A DNA stretch of 64,000 nt, taken from NCBI RefSeq assembly GCF_035084215.1, contig NC_090345.1, forward strand, positions 33,604,001-33,668,000, written 5' to 3'. Of the stretch, positions 49,612 through 61,610 are shown piece after piece. Below the pieces are notes generated by a model. That model worked only from the letters and a program-made list of their open reading frames with translations. It ran no database searches and had not been told where the DNA came from. Made by a program: the position numbers and the translations under genes. Source of the DNA: Heptranchias perlo (Eukaryota). Position 1 is the first letter of the stretch, and every line of letters starts with the position of its first letter.

Positions 49612-52305
49612 GTCCCAGACTCTTCCATCACCATCCCTGGGTATGTCCTGTCCCACCGGCAGGACAGACCCACCAGAGGTGGCGGTACAGTGATATACAG
49701 TCAGGAGGGAGTGGCCCTGGGAATCCTCAACATTGACTCTGGACCCCATGAAATCTCATGGCATCAGGTCAAACATGGGCAAGGAAACCTCCTGCTGATT
49801 ACCACCTACCGTCCTCCCTCAGCTGATGAATCAGTCCTCCTCCATGTTGAACACCACTTGGAGGAAGCACTGAGGGTAGCAAGGGCACAAAATGTACTCT
49901 GGGTGGGGGACTTCAATGTCCATCACCAAGAGTGGCTCGGTAGCACCACCACTGACCGAGCTGGCCGAGTCCTGAAGGACATAGCTGCTAGACTGGGCCT
50001 GCGGCAGGTGGTGAGCGAACCAACACGAGGGAAAAACTTACTTGACCTCGTCCTCACCAATCCACCTGTCGCAAATGCATCTGTCCATGACAGTATTGGT
50101 AGGAGTGACCACCGCACAGTCCTCGTGGAGATGAAATCCCGTCTTCGCACTGAGGACACCATCCAACGTGTTGTGTGGCACTACCACTGTGCTAAATGGG
50201 ATAGATTCAGAACAGATCTAGCAGCTCAAAACTGGGCATCCATGAGGCGCTGTGGGCCATCAGCAGCAGCAGAATTGTATTCCAGCACAATCTGTAAACT
50301 CATGGCCCGGCATATTCCTCACTCTACCATTACCAACAAGCCAGGGGATCAACCCTGGTTCAATGAGGAGTGTAGAAGAGCATGCCAGGAGCAGCACCAG
50401 GCGTACCTAAAAATGAGGTGCCAACCTGGTGAAGCTACAACTCAGGACTACATGCATGCTAAACAGCGGAAGCAACATGCTATAGACAGAGCTAAGCGAT
50501 TACACAACCAACGGATCAGATCAAAGCTCTACAGTCCTGCCACATCCAGTCGTGAATGGTGGTGGACAATTAAACAACTAACGGGAGGAGGAGGCTCTGC
50601 AAACATCCCCATTCTCAATGATGGCGGAGTCCAGCACGTGAGTGCAAAAGACAAGGCTGAAGCGTTTGCAACCATCTTCAGCCAGAAGTGCCGAGTGGAT
50701 AATCCATCTCTGCCTCCTCCCGCTATCCCCACCATCACGGAAGCCAGTCTTCAGCCAATTCGATTCACTCCACGTGATATCAAGAAACGGCTGAGTGCAC
50801 TGGATACAGCAAAGGCTATGGGCCCCGACAACATCCCAGCTGTAGTGCTGAAGACTTGTGCTCCAGAACTAGCTGCGCCTCTAGCCAAGCTGTTCCAGTA
50901 CAGCTACAACACTGGCATCCACCCGACAATGTGGAAAATTGCCCAGGTATGTCCTGTCCACAAAAAGCAGGACAAATCCAATCCGGCCAATTACCGCCCC
51001 ATCAGTCTACTCTCAATCATCAGCAAAGTGATGGAAGGTGTCGTCGACAGTGCTATCAAGCGGCACTTACTCACCAATAACCTGCTCACCGATGCTCAGT
51101 TTGGGTTCCGCCAGGACCACTCGGCTCCAGACCTCATTACAGCCTTGGTCCAAACATGGACAAAAGAGCTGAATTCCAGAGGTGAGGTGAGAGTGACTGC
51201 CCTTGACATCAAGGCAGCATTTGACCGAGTGTGGCACCAAGGAGCCCTAGTAAAATTGAAGTCAATGGGAATCAGGGGGAAAACTCTCCAGTGGCTGGAG
51301 TCATACCTAGCACAAAGGAAGATGGTAGTGGTTGTTGGAGGCCAATCATCTCAGCCCCAGGGCATTGCTGCAGGAGTTCCTCAGGGCAGTGTCCTAGGCC
51401 CAACCATCTTCAGCTGCTTCATCAATGACCTTCCCTCCATCATAAGGTCAGAAATGGGGATGTTCGCTGATGACTGCACAGTGTTCAGTTCCATTCGCAA
51501 CCCCTCAGATAATGAAGCAGTCCGAGCCTGCATGCAGCAAGACCTGGACAACATCCAGGCTTGGGCTGATAAGTGGCAAGTAACATTCGCGCCAGATAAG
51601 TGCCAGGCAATGACCATCTCCAACAAGAGAGAGTCTAACCACCTCCCCTTGACATTCAATGGCATTACCATCGCCGAATCCCCGACCATCAACATCCTGG
51701 GGGTCACCATTGACCAGAAACTTAACTGGACCAGCCATATAAATACTGTGGCTACGAGAGCAGGTCAGAGGCTGGGTATTCTGCGGCGAGTGACTCACCT
51801 CCTGACTCCCCAAAGCCTTTCCACCATCTACAAGGCACAAGTCAGGAGTGTGATGGAATACTCTCCACTTGCCTGGATGAGTGCAGCTCCAACAACACTC
51901 AAGAAGATCGACACCATCCAAGATAAAGCAGCCCGCTTGATTGGCACCCCATCCACCACGCTAAACATTCACTCCCTTCACCACCGGCGCACTGTGGCTG
52001 CAGTGTGCAACATCCACAGGATGCACTGCAGCAACTCGCCAAGGCTTCTTCGACAGCACCTCCCAAACCCGCGACCTCTACCACCTAGAAGGACAAGGGC
52101 AGCAGGCGCATGGGAACAACACCACCTGCACGTTCCCCTCCAAGTCACACACCATCCCGACTTGGAAATATATCGCCGTTCCTTCATTGTCGCTGGGTCA
52201 AAATCCTGGAACTCCCTTCCTAACAGCACTGTGGGAGAACCGTCACCACACGGACTGCAGCGGTTCAAGAAGGCGGCTCACCACCACCTTCTCGAGGGCA
52301 ATTAG
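49612..52305 (+). CDS. LINE ORF2 (APE endonuclease lacking its N-terminus + reverse transcriptase), uninterrupted
   Basis: The frame is open from the insertion point (VPDSSITIPGY...). Motifs include GDFN, LDL, SDH (APE) and YRPISLL, QFGFR, DIKAAFD, GVPQGSVLGP, FADD (RT). There is no genuine start codon. Confidence 0.88.
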   Translation, partial: VPDSSITIPGYVLSHRQDRPTRGGGTVIYSQEGVALGILNIDSGPHEISWHQVKHGQGNLLLITTYRPPSADESVLLHVEHHLEEALRVARAQNVLWVGDFNVHHQEWLGSTTTDRAGRVLKDIAARLGLRQVVSEPTRGKNLLDLVLTNPPVANASVHDSIGRSDHRTVLVEMKSRLRTEDTIQRVVWHYHCAKWDRFRTDLAAQNWASMRRCGPSAAAELYSSTICKLMARHIPHSTITNKPGDQPWFNEECRRACQEQHQAYLKMRCQPGEATTQDYMHAKQRKQHAIDRAKRLHNQRIRSKLYSPATSSREWWWTIKQLTGGGGSANIPILNDGGVQHVSAKDKAEAFATIFSQKCRVDNPSLPPPAIPTITEASLQPIRFTPRDIKKRLSALDTAKAMGPDNIPAVVLKTCAPELAAPLAKLFQYSYNTGIHPTMWKIAQVCPVHKKQDKSNPANYRPISLLSIISKVMEGVVDSAIKRHLLTNNLLTDAQFGFRQDHSAPDLITALVQTWTKELNSRGEVRVTALDIKAAFDRVWHQGALVKLKSMGIRGKTLQWLESYLAQRKMVVVVGGQSSQPQGIAAGVPQGSVLGPTIFSCFINDLPSIIRSEMGMFADDCTVFSSIRNPSDNEAVRACMQQDLDNIQAWADKWQVTFAPDKCQAMTISNKRESNHLPLTFNGITIAESPTINILGVTIDQKLNWTSHINTVATRAGQRLGILRRVTHLLTPQSLSTIYKAQVRSVMEYSPLAWMSAAPTTLKKIDTIQDKAARLIGTPSTTLNIHSLHHRRTVAAVCNIHRMHCSNSPRLLRQHLPNPRPLPPRRTRAAGAWEQHHLHVPLQVTHHPDLEIYRRSFIVAGSKSWNSLPNSTVGEPSPHGLQRFKKAAHHHLLEGN

Positions 52306-52376
52306 GGATGGGCAATAAATGCCGGCCTTGCCAGCGACGCCCACATCCCGTGAACGAATAAAAAAAATAAAAAAAA
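49612..52376 (+). mobile_element. Young CR1-group non-LTR retrotransposon, 5'-truncated, with poly(A)-like tail
   Basis: Inserted 14 bp into Harbinger Myb intron 1. It ends ...cacatcccgtgaacgaataaaaaaaataaaaaaaaa. Confidence 0.93.
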
Positions 52377-53961
52377 ATTCCCCTACACTCAGTCTGCTAC
52401 ATCACTGCACTAACCCCACATCTCCTTCTGCACAGCCAACACTACTCTGTCACATCACTCCTCACACCCACTCAAAGCTCATCCTCATCTTAACTGCACT
52501 TACTCACCTCGCCAGTACTCATCCCACCACTACCACTCAACCCAATCCTCATACAATCTCATGGCTCTATTTCATACTCACCCTCTCATGCATCTCTTTC
52601 ACGGTCAGCCTCACTCAACTTGCCACTACCTGTGCTGCAGCCACAGGGCATGCATCACATATGTGCAGTAGGCAGCGTAAGGCAAACGTGTCGTGAGCAC
52701 GAAGGGGATGCACAAGGGTGTTTGAGGGTTTGTCATGGTTTTTACTTATATTTAATTTCTGATCAACTCACATTACATATTATATTGGCACCATTACTGC
52801 CACATCTTTGCGAATCTTGTCTGGTTTGTGCAATAATGCCCTTTCCTGAGGATCACAATGAAGACCCACACCTGATGCCACCCATTGTGTCACTGCAGAG
52901 TGGGTGTAGGTGTATTTGCAGGGCTCTTTTGTGCAGACGACTGAGAGACGTGGCGATGTCCCCGGTGGCACCCTGGAAGGATGCGGTGGAGAAGTTGTTG
53001 AGGGCAGTGGTGACTTTGACAGCGACAGGTAAGAAGATGGTGCTCGGGCCAGCCGGGAGCAGCTCGGCATGAAGGATGCTGCAGATGTCCACGACTACAT
53101 GTCGAGTGACTCTGAGCCTCTGTGTGCATTGCTGCTCAGAGAGGTCCAGGAAGCTGAGCCTCAGTCTGTGGACCCTGTGGCGAGGGTAGTGCCCTCTGCG
53201 ATGCATCTCTCTCTGCGGTTGCCCCCCCTCCTGCTGTGCAGGTGGGTGTGTCACAGCACTGTGTTGTGGAACTCCACATGTCAGAGGTGGACGGCGTGGC
53301 CGGCGAGGCTGGTGATGCTGTTCACCCTCCGAGGAGGTCATAACTGCAGCTACGGCGGCCCCCACCCAGAAGATGTACATCTGAGGGGGTCCGCAAGGTA
53401 GGCACATGTCTCTGGACACCGGGTAAGTGTGCAAGTTGGTGAATTTTATTGTTAGGAGGAGGGTAGTGGAGGCCAAACTTTGTCCAAAGTGACAGAGTGG
53501 CCTCCTGCAATGAGTGAGGGTCTCCCCCCCACGTGTCAAATGGACCTTTGCAGCTGCCACAGGCTGATGGCTGCAACACGTCCATTTGAACTGGGAGTGT
53601 TTCCCCCAGTACGGGAAACAGTCTCAGTCAGTTGCAAAATCCCATCCCTGCTAAAATAACAGGTCAATCAGGTCTGTAAACAACCTGAAGTCCCTGTTCA
53701 ATTACTTTAAGTGGCACCCCGCTGGCTTTAATTGCCGACAGGAGTCCTACATGCGGGGGCTGCGTGTGCATGTGAGCGCGTTAGTGGGGAACCCGGAAAT
53801 GGGCGGGTTGGAGCCGGGCTCCCGCCCCGCCCCGGGAATCCCCGATTTTCGCAGCCCCCACCCCCCCCACCCCCCCCCCCCCCCCCCCGCCAGGAACGCA
53901 CCCGATCGCGGGTGCGAAAATCGAGCCCCTAGTGTCAAGTCTACATCATGTTAGCTACATT

Positions 53962-54158
53962 ATTAAATAAATTTAAAACAGAAATGGACAGTTTCCTAGA
54001 AGTAAAGGGAATTAGGGGTTACGGGGAGCGGGCAGGAAATTGGACATGAATTTAGATTTGAGGTTAGGATCAGATCAGCCATGATCTTATTGAATGGCGG
54101 AGCAGGCTCGAGGGGCCGATTGGCCTACTCCTGCTCCTATTTCTTACGTTCTTATGTT
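53962..54158 (+). mobile_element. CR1 3' fragment
   Basis: Encodes FKTEMDSFL, followed by a 3' UTR matching 33720-33838. Confidence 0.85.
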
Positions 54159-54918
54159 TTTATAAGTCCAAAGCCTCATTGCAATTTTCCTTTACCCCCA
54201 GTGGCAGCCACAGGAACTGCTACAATCACCCTTGCGTGCAAATAAGATTTAAGTTGGAGTTTCCTCCTCTACCATCTATGGACTACCTAAAAGAAACCAC
54301 TCCTATAAAAGAGACGCTGCTCATTGATAGGTAGCGGTTGGCAGGTAATTTTACTGTTAAAGGCCACCTTATTAGGATATTATACTTGGTCAAACTTTAT
54401 AGCTAAAGACTCATTATTGTGGGGACTTTTCCTGGCTGTCACTTCTACGTTACTGTGGAGTTTTTTTGGACCTTTAGCCATGAAGAACAGGACGCAATGG
54501 TGTTTCCATGAGACAGTTCCTTGTATTTGTGTTTTGAAGAGGAGGATGAGGATAGTGAGGAAGGGCAGTAGGGAGAGGTTGCTGAGGAGAACCCATTGCC
54601 AATTGCCAGACATCTGCAGACACAGCTCTTAAGGGACCTTTTGGTCTAAATTAGGTTGGTGCCATCACAGTCCTCCTTTGGCAATTACATCAGCTCAAAC
54701 ATTTGCTGGCACGAGGCTCCCCTCTACAACTGCCAATTTTTCCATTTAGAAAACATCTTGCTACTCTTTTTTGCAGATATGCCTCACCTTGCTCCAAATC
54801 AATCCACACATGTCCCATCAGTGCTAAAAACAATATAAGGCCAACAAATCTTTGTGGCTTCCTATTGTTCTTCTTACCACTGTGCCTCACTTTGGCGCCT
54901 ACAATACTACCTAGATGT

Positions 54919-55330
54919 AGGTATGGTAGTATAGTGGTTATGTTACTGGACTAGTAATCCAGAGGCCTGAACTAATATTCTGGAGTTATGAGTTCAAATC
55001 CTGCCAGCTGGGGAATTTAAATTCATTTAATTAAATAAAATCTAGAATGAGAAAAAACTAGTATCAGTAATGGTGGCCATGAAACTACTGGGTTATCATA
55101 AAAACTCATCTGGTTCACTAATGCCCTTTTATGAGCCTTACCCAGTCTGGCCTATATGTGACTCCAGACCCACAGCAATGTGGTTGATTCTTAATCGCCC
55201 TCTGAAATAGCCTAGCAAGCCACTGAGTTGTTCAAGAAGGCAGCTCACCACCACCTTCTCAAGGGCAATTAAAGATGGGCAATAAATGCTGGCCTTGCCA
55301 GCGACACCCATATCCCATAAATGAATTTTT
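54919..55330 (+). mobile_element. tRNA-derived SINE sharing its 3' tail with the 49612 LINE
   Basis: A box tggtagtatagtgg and B box gagttcaaatcc. The 3' ~95 bp (55231-55325) match 52264-52358. Confidence 0.88.
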
Positions 55331-56239
55331 AAAAATTGTGTTTTAATCTTAACCTCCTACTTCTCCTTGTATTTCCCTCCATGGCAGGAGGTTCTGAGGT
55401 GGCTGACCAATGCTTTTCAGAAGGACCCCTGGGTGGCAGTTCCTGGTCATAGGTTGTGGTTTGTTTTCCCCTTTCACAAGGAGGTAAAGATTGTGAAGAC
55501 AATCTGTATGCCATTATATGGAATGTAACCCAGGTCAGAAAGCATTCCTTAATGGAGGTGATCGCAGGTGTAGGGAACAAGATAATATATATCATGTGAG
55601 TCTTCCACTGTTTCCCTACACTGGTGACTGAAGAAACATTTACAGGGGAAGGAAGAGGGTGTGAGGGGTATTGTGGTATCTCCTGCACATTGTTGGTCAG
55701 TTGTTGATGGCGATCAACGGATTGAGAGGGAGGTGACTGGAAGCAGGAAACATGCTTATTACACTTCACTGTATGACTGCTTCCTGTTACCATCGCTGTC
55801 CTGGAGAGGTAATTGAACATCTTCCAATGTTGAGTAGCCATGTAGGGTTTTGAGGAGGTGACATTCACTGCCAAGGCCACCACCTCCCATGACACATGGA
55901 TCATGCCCTTTGCGGGCCTCCTTCACTCGGGGCCAAAAGATGGGTACTTCTTTGCTGGATTTCAAACAAAATTTCAACTAAAGAGTCATTAATTTAGGGC
56001 TCAGCGTCCTGAAGAACCACCAGCCTTAGGCATTGCAGTAAATCAAATTGTTTCAGACACAAAAAGGCTGCCTGTGTTCTCTCAGCTGCTCCCCCCACAG
56101 AGGCAGGTTCCCAACAGGGGGTGTAAATACCAATGGGAGCCCATCCTGAATATTTAATTAGGGCCCACTTTGGAAAATCCAACTGGGTCAATGTGGGAGT
56201 CACACCAGTGGGCAGAAGTGCAATCTTGTGTATTTCTGA

Positions 56240-56510
56240 TGGAAAAAACTCACCAAGGAGGAAAATATAGTCCTAAATATTTTGGTGGTGCAGTTCTATC
56301 CTTGTCCTTACTTTGCAGAGTTTTATTATGAGTCGCCTTTACCCTGGTCAACCTTTCGAAGTCATTAAACCATTTCCTTTCTTGGGGCAATTTTTCTCCA
56401 GCAATTCCAATGCCCATTTTCTGTAAACACATTTTTGAGCTAGAATTTGCCTTTTTCCTACTAATAAATTCTTTCACTACAATGTGAAGTTGTTTCTTTT
56501 TCAATCAGTG
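56240..56510 (-). mobile_element. Degenerate Harbinger Myb/SANT remnant (old element, about 54240-56650)
   Basis: Encodes ...ERKWFNDFERLTRVKATHNK..., resembling the SANT end and the exon 2 motif of the other copies. Confidence 0.5.
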
Positions 56511-58387
56511 GAAGTTAATTTTAACTTATTAAAGGTCAAATGATTAATTTCTGGTTGTTGAACCATTTCATTTGATTGATTCCAACTGATGGCCTATTGG
56601 ATAGATTAATTAACTCCCAGCAGTGAATTAAAATGCAAAAAACACGAGTAAATCAATCAATACTTGAGTGGAATCTGCATAATTGCCCTGCATTTACCTT
56701 CCAAATACCTTCAATAGTCACAGATATTACTTATCAGTTTCCTCTTTTGTTAAATTTAATAGTTTGTTACAAGGGTAAAGTAAAAATTCATGTAATAATA
56801 TAAAACAATAACAAATTTCTGTAACATAACAGACTTTTAATATTTTGATTATTTAGTTTTGTGAGGGAAACATCCATCTTTTTAAGGCATTTCCCTTCCC
56901 TTCTTTCCATGCTATATGCCTTCTTCCAGCTGAGACACCAGCGAGATTACGGGCTAGAAATCGCACAGAGCGCCAAGGCAACGCTCACCACAGCTCCTGT
57001 GAATTAAATTAACGAAAATACTTACTGCGGGCTCTATGGCATCAAATTGCTTGATTTTGAACTTTTAAAAAATTGTGCGCCATCAACCCAGCCGCTCAGC
57101 AGCGTGAGTCGACACACATGGAACAGTCTGTGAGAATAAAAGACACCGTCACAAAATCTGTCAGGAAGAGAAGTCACGCCCACAGATTCAGGCTGCATTG
57201 CTCAAGCAGGCAGGCAGACTTCATTCATCTAAAGTTAGTATTCTGGATGTCATTATAAATAAAAATTTTAATTTTCTTTTATAAAAAGCCAAAGAAAAAA
57301 TTGAATTAAATTAAAGAGACAGAAGGGAAAAATAAAGAAAAAAAACATTTTTATTTTTTAATTTTTAATTTTTTTTAACGACCAAAAACTATTAAAATAA
57401 GGAGTAATATGAAACTTTATTTAGACTTTATTTTAGACTTCATTAAGTGCTATCGCAATATGCAACTCAGGATATCTTTTCACAGCGAACACACCTTTAA
57501 AAAGAGAAAGGCTCTGTAGTTTACAGCAGCACTTACATAGTTGGCAGCACAGCATTACATATTCCCTGCTGTCTCTATCATGAATCCAGGAAGATAACAA
57601 TTACTTCAGATTTGATTTGATGCAGACGTCTCTGATGCTGTGCTTGCAAATCAAGCGTATGTGTTCCTGATCACGCCGTTTGAATATTATGACAACTGGC
57701 TGCATTCATTAGTTCCATTTTTTGCTGTCATGCAACACTTAAATTAAAAGTTGAATCCATTTCTAGAAGCTGCACGGAAGAATAGAAATCTGTGACATGC
57801 TTTTTTAAAGATTGATGTTCTTGTATAGTATATGCTGGCAAATGAATGGTTTCAACACACAATGCATTTTTAACCTTCTATCAGTAAATGTTGTGACAAA
57901 ATGTCAAGAGTGTCCTCAATGGAGTCAAAAATTTCTCACTGTAGTTATTCACTTTGACAGAGGAAGGAATTTTGTGTTAGTTATTTTATAGTATCCTGCA
58001 TGAACATGCTAGTGAAAAACCTGTCTAATTATCAATAAACTAGGAAACCAAATTTAAAATCTGCCCATGCTCCATGCTCCATGCTCCATGGATACTTATT
58101 AGCATCAACATGCAGAGTTGCAGTTGTGGGGCTCGATATTAGGAGGGTGGCGGGTTCTCAGCGGGGGGTCGACTGGGTGCGTGGGTAATGCGCCCAGTGA
58201 AATCAGTGTGCTCCGCACAGAATCGCAGGCTAATTGGAGCCACTTACCTGTGCTTCCGGGTTTCCCGCTGGTAAGCTGCTTGACGGGCGGACTGCGCATG
58301 CGCAGCAAGGTCTGTCAGCTGGAGGAGCCCTTTTTAAAGGGGCAGTCCACCATTGCTCCTCCTGCAGCAAACAACCAATGCTGAACC

Positions 58388-60258
58388 ATGGAGCAGGCCA
58401 GAGGGAAGGCTGCCCCAAGATTTTCAGACTCCTCATTCCAGGTGCTGCTGGATGGGGTGAGGAGGAGGAAGGAAATCCTTTTCCCGTCTGATGGGAGGAA
58501 GTGCCCTCCCTCCACCACGAAGAAGGCCTGGCTGGAGGTAGCCGAGGAGGTCATCAGCAGCGGCAATGTGCCACAAACTTGGGTCCAGTGCAGGAAGAGA
58601 TTTAATGGCCTAAAGAGGTCAGCCAAAGTGAGTATGCTTACGCATTCTCCCACACTCCATCTTCCACATCACCTCCACCACTACACAACCCCTTCTGCAC
58701 TGCCACCACAACGTTCTCATATCACTCCTCACATCCACTCAACTATCGTCCTCACCTTGCCTGCACGTACTCACCGCCCCAGTTCCCAGTCGAACACTAC
58801 CACGCAACCCAATCCTCATACAATCTCATGGCTGTGTTGCACACGCACCCTCCCATGCATCTCCCTCACGCTCAACACCACCCACACCAATGCATGCAGC
58901 GGCTCACCATGCAACCATCACTCAATCACGCCTCTATGTTTTGCTTTGATAGGAGAAGAGATGCCAGAACGCCCAGGAGAGGGCACGGACCGGAGGGGGC
59001 CCACCACACCAGGTGGCACTAACAGACGCAGAGCAGCAGGCATTGGAGATCAGCCGCACGCTGGAGTGCCTGTTCGTGGCGGATGCCGAGGCTAGGATTA
59101 CACAAGCGGCCGGTGATAGAAAGCTAACACTCAGCACTCATGATAGCAAATGATCTTAGCATCACTTGGCATCTGCAGCACCTCAACATCTGTCCACATG
59201 CCTAATATTGCTTTCTGTTCTCTTGCAGGGCCATCTGTGAGCGCCGTGACCGTGGAGGGCAATTCCTCAGAGGACCTGCCGGCCTCTGAGGGTCCAACGT
59301 CACATCTGAGCCAGCCATCCACCAGCGCAGATATACACACCTTGATGGGTCCCTGTCCTCACTTAGTTGGGCTTGCACATGGTGAGTCACCACGCACATG
59401 TGAGCACGAGCAGACCCTGGTGGCGGGGCAGCCGTGGAGAGTTTGCGTCGGTGGGAGCACTCTTCTCCAGGCTCTGCTCAGCTGGACCCAGATGCTGAAC
59501 CCTGGGGGCCAGCCGTGAAAAGGAGAGTCGTCGAGGGGCAGCAGCACATTGCCGAGGCACTGGAACAAGTGCCACGTGCACTCTCCACAATCGGGCAGAG
59601 GATGGAGGAGTCCATCTTCTGCATGAGGGGAATGGTGGCACAGGTACAAGAGGGTATCTCCGAGATAGTGTCGCAGGGACGTGAAGGCATCTCTGAGATA
59701 GTGTCGCGGGTAGGTGCGGGAATGTCTGCGATGGAGGGAAGGCTAGCCTCCCTCGAACGTCAAGCACGGCTCAACAATGAGTCCATTCAGGCCCTGACAA
59801 CGGCCGTTCGGATTCAGGGTGAGCAACATTCTGCCGCCTTGAACAGGCTGACAGATACTTTACAAGTGGCCTTCCAAGGCGTCACACAAGTCCACCAAAC
59901 TGCCGTCCAGCAGGGTGGAAGGAATGATGTGGGCCTGGGCCACGAGAGGGATGATGGTGAAAGGGGACATGGAAGTGCGGATGCCACTCAAAGCGCTCCC
60001 ACATCTCACCCGTTGCCCTCCTCTCAACCAGTATCCACAATGCTGCCCCCTCTCCAGGTGGCCGAGTCTGCCCCTGCACAGGTGCAGATGGAGCAGTCTT
60101 TGGATGGGCCCTCACGGGCATCCAAACCCAGAGGGCGTCGGCACAAAGCACCTCTTCGGTCAGGGCATGGACAAGAGCAACCTGCCACTACCTCTGCTGA
60201 AGCCACAGGGATAGCACCACGTAGGGGTTCCCGGAAACGCAAGGCGAAGGTTTTGTGA
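58388..60258 (+). pseudogene. Three-exon Harbinger Myb/SANT-like protein (about 476 aa) with one frameshift
   Basis: Exons 58388-58627, 58953-59112 and 59229-60258 have GT/AG introns in matching phases. Exon 2 reads EKRCQNAQERARTGGGP. One base is missing near the G-run at 59425-59428. The C-terminus is RRGSRKRKAKVL and AATAAA is at 60334. Confidence 0.82.
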
Positions 60259-60484
60259 GCACAAAGGGAATGCACAAGGGTGTCTGACGATTGGCCATGT
60301 TTTTTATTTATATTTGTTTTCTTTCACATGCGCAATAAATATTATTATCACCACTACTGCCACGTCTTGCCCATTCTTGACTGGCTTGTGGAATAGGTCC
60401 CTTTCATGGGGTTCACCATGAACACGCACACTTGATGCCACCCATTGTGTCACTGCAGAGTGGGTGTAGGTGTATTTGCAGGCT

Positions 60485-60915
60485 CTTTTGTGCAGATGAC
60501 TGAGAGACGCAGCGATGTCCCTGGTGGCACCCTGGAAGGATGCGGAGGAGAAGTTGTTGAGGGCAGTGGTGACTTTGACAGCGACAGGTAAGAAGATGGT
60601 GCTCGGGCCAGCCGAGAGCAGCTCAGCATGAAGGAGGCTGCAGATGTCCACGACTACATGTCGAGTGACTTTGAGCCTCCATGTACACTGCTGCTCAGAG
60701 AAGCTGAGCCTCGGTCTGTAGATCCTGTGGCGAGGGTAGTGCCCTCTGCAACGCATCTCTCTCTGCGGTTACCCTCCCTCCTGTTGTGCAGGTGGATGTG
60801 TCACAGCACTGTGTTGTGGAGCTCCACGTGTCAGAGGTGGACGGCGTGGCCGGCGAGGCTGGTGATGCTGTTCGCCCTCCGAGGAGGTCATGACTGCAGC
60901 TACGGCGGCCCCCAT
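60485..60915 (-). pseudogene. Truncated HARBI1-like transposase N-terminus
   Basis: MGAAVAAVMTSS...YRPRLSF...LPVAVKVTTALNNFSSASFQ, ending at the same junction as the other family A copies. Confidence 0.8.
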
Positions 60916-61610
60916 CCGGAAGATGTACATTTGAGGGGGTCCGCAAGGTAGGTACATGTGTCTGGACACCGGGTAAGTGTGCAAGTTTGTGAATGTTACT
61001 GTTAGGAGGAGGGTGGTGGAGGCCAAACTTTGTCCAAAGTAACAGAGTGGCCTCCTGCACTGAGTGAGGGTCTCCCCCCCACAACCTGTCAAATGGACCT
61101 TTGCAGCTGCCACAGGCTGATGGCTGCAACACGTCCATTTGAACTGTGTAGTGGTTCCCCCAGTAAGGGAAACAGTCTCGGTTAATTTCAAAATCCCAGC
61201 CCTCCTAAAATATCAGGTCAATTAGGTCTGCAAACAACCTGAAGTACCTGTTTAAGTACTTTAAGTGGCACCCCGCCGGCTTTAATTGCCAGCAGGAGTC
61301 CCACATGCGAGGGCTGCGCGCGCATGTCAGCGTGTCACTGGGGAATCCGGAAGTGGGCGGGTTGGAGCCGGGCTCCAGACTCGCCCCGGGACTCCCTGAT
61401 TTTCACAACCCCCCCCGCCACAAACGCACCCGATCGGGGGTGCAAAAATCGAGCCCGTGGTGTTTGGTGTACAGGCCTACCAAATTTTTTGTTAAGTTGC
61501 TGTTGACCATAGAAGCGTAGTATTATTGCAAAATCATGGTATTCAAAATTTACAATGATGCTTTTCAGTATGAACATTATTAAGTCTCATGTACACCAGA
61601 ACTTTAAACC

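Larger units (their letters stand above)
49091..53928. mobile_element. Non-autonomous Harbinger, family A, copy 3 (contains a LINE)
   Basis: TIRs gggcccgttatt / aaaatcgagccc and TSD CTA (49088-49090, 53929-53931). Myb exon 1 lies at 49351-49597 on + and the HARBI1-like N-terminus on -. Confidence 0.92.
58129..61456. mobile_element. Harbinger family A, longest copy (full Myb gene, transposase core deleted)
   Basis: TIRs gggctcgatatt / aaaatcgagccc, TSD GTG (58126-58128, 61457-61459), and convergent genes. Confidence 0.94.
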
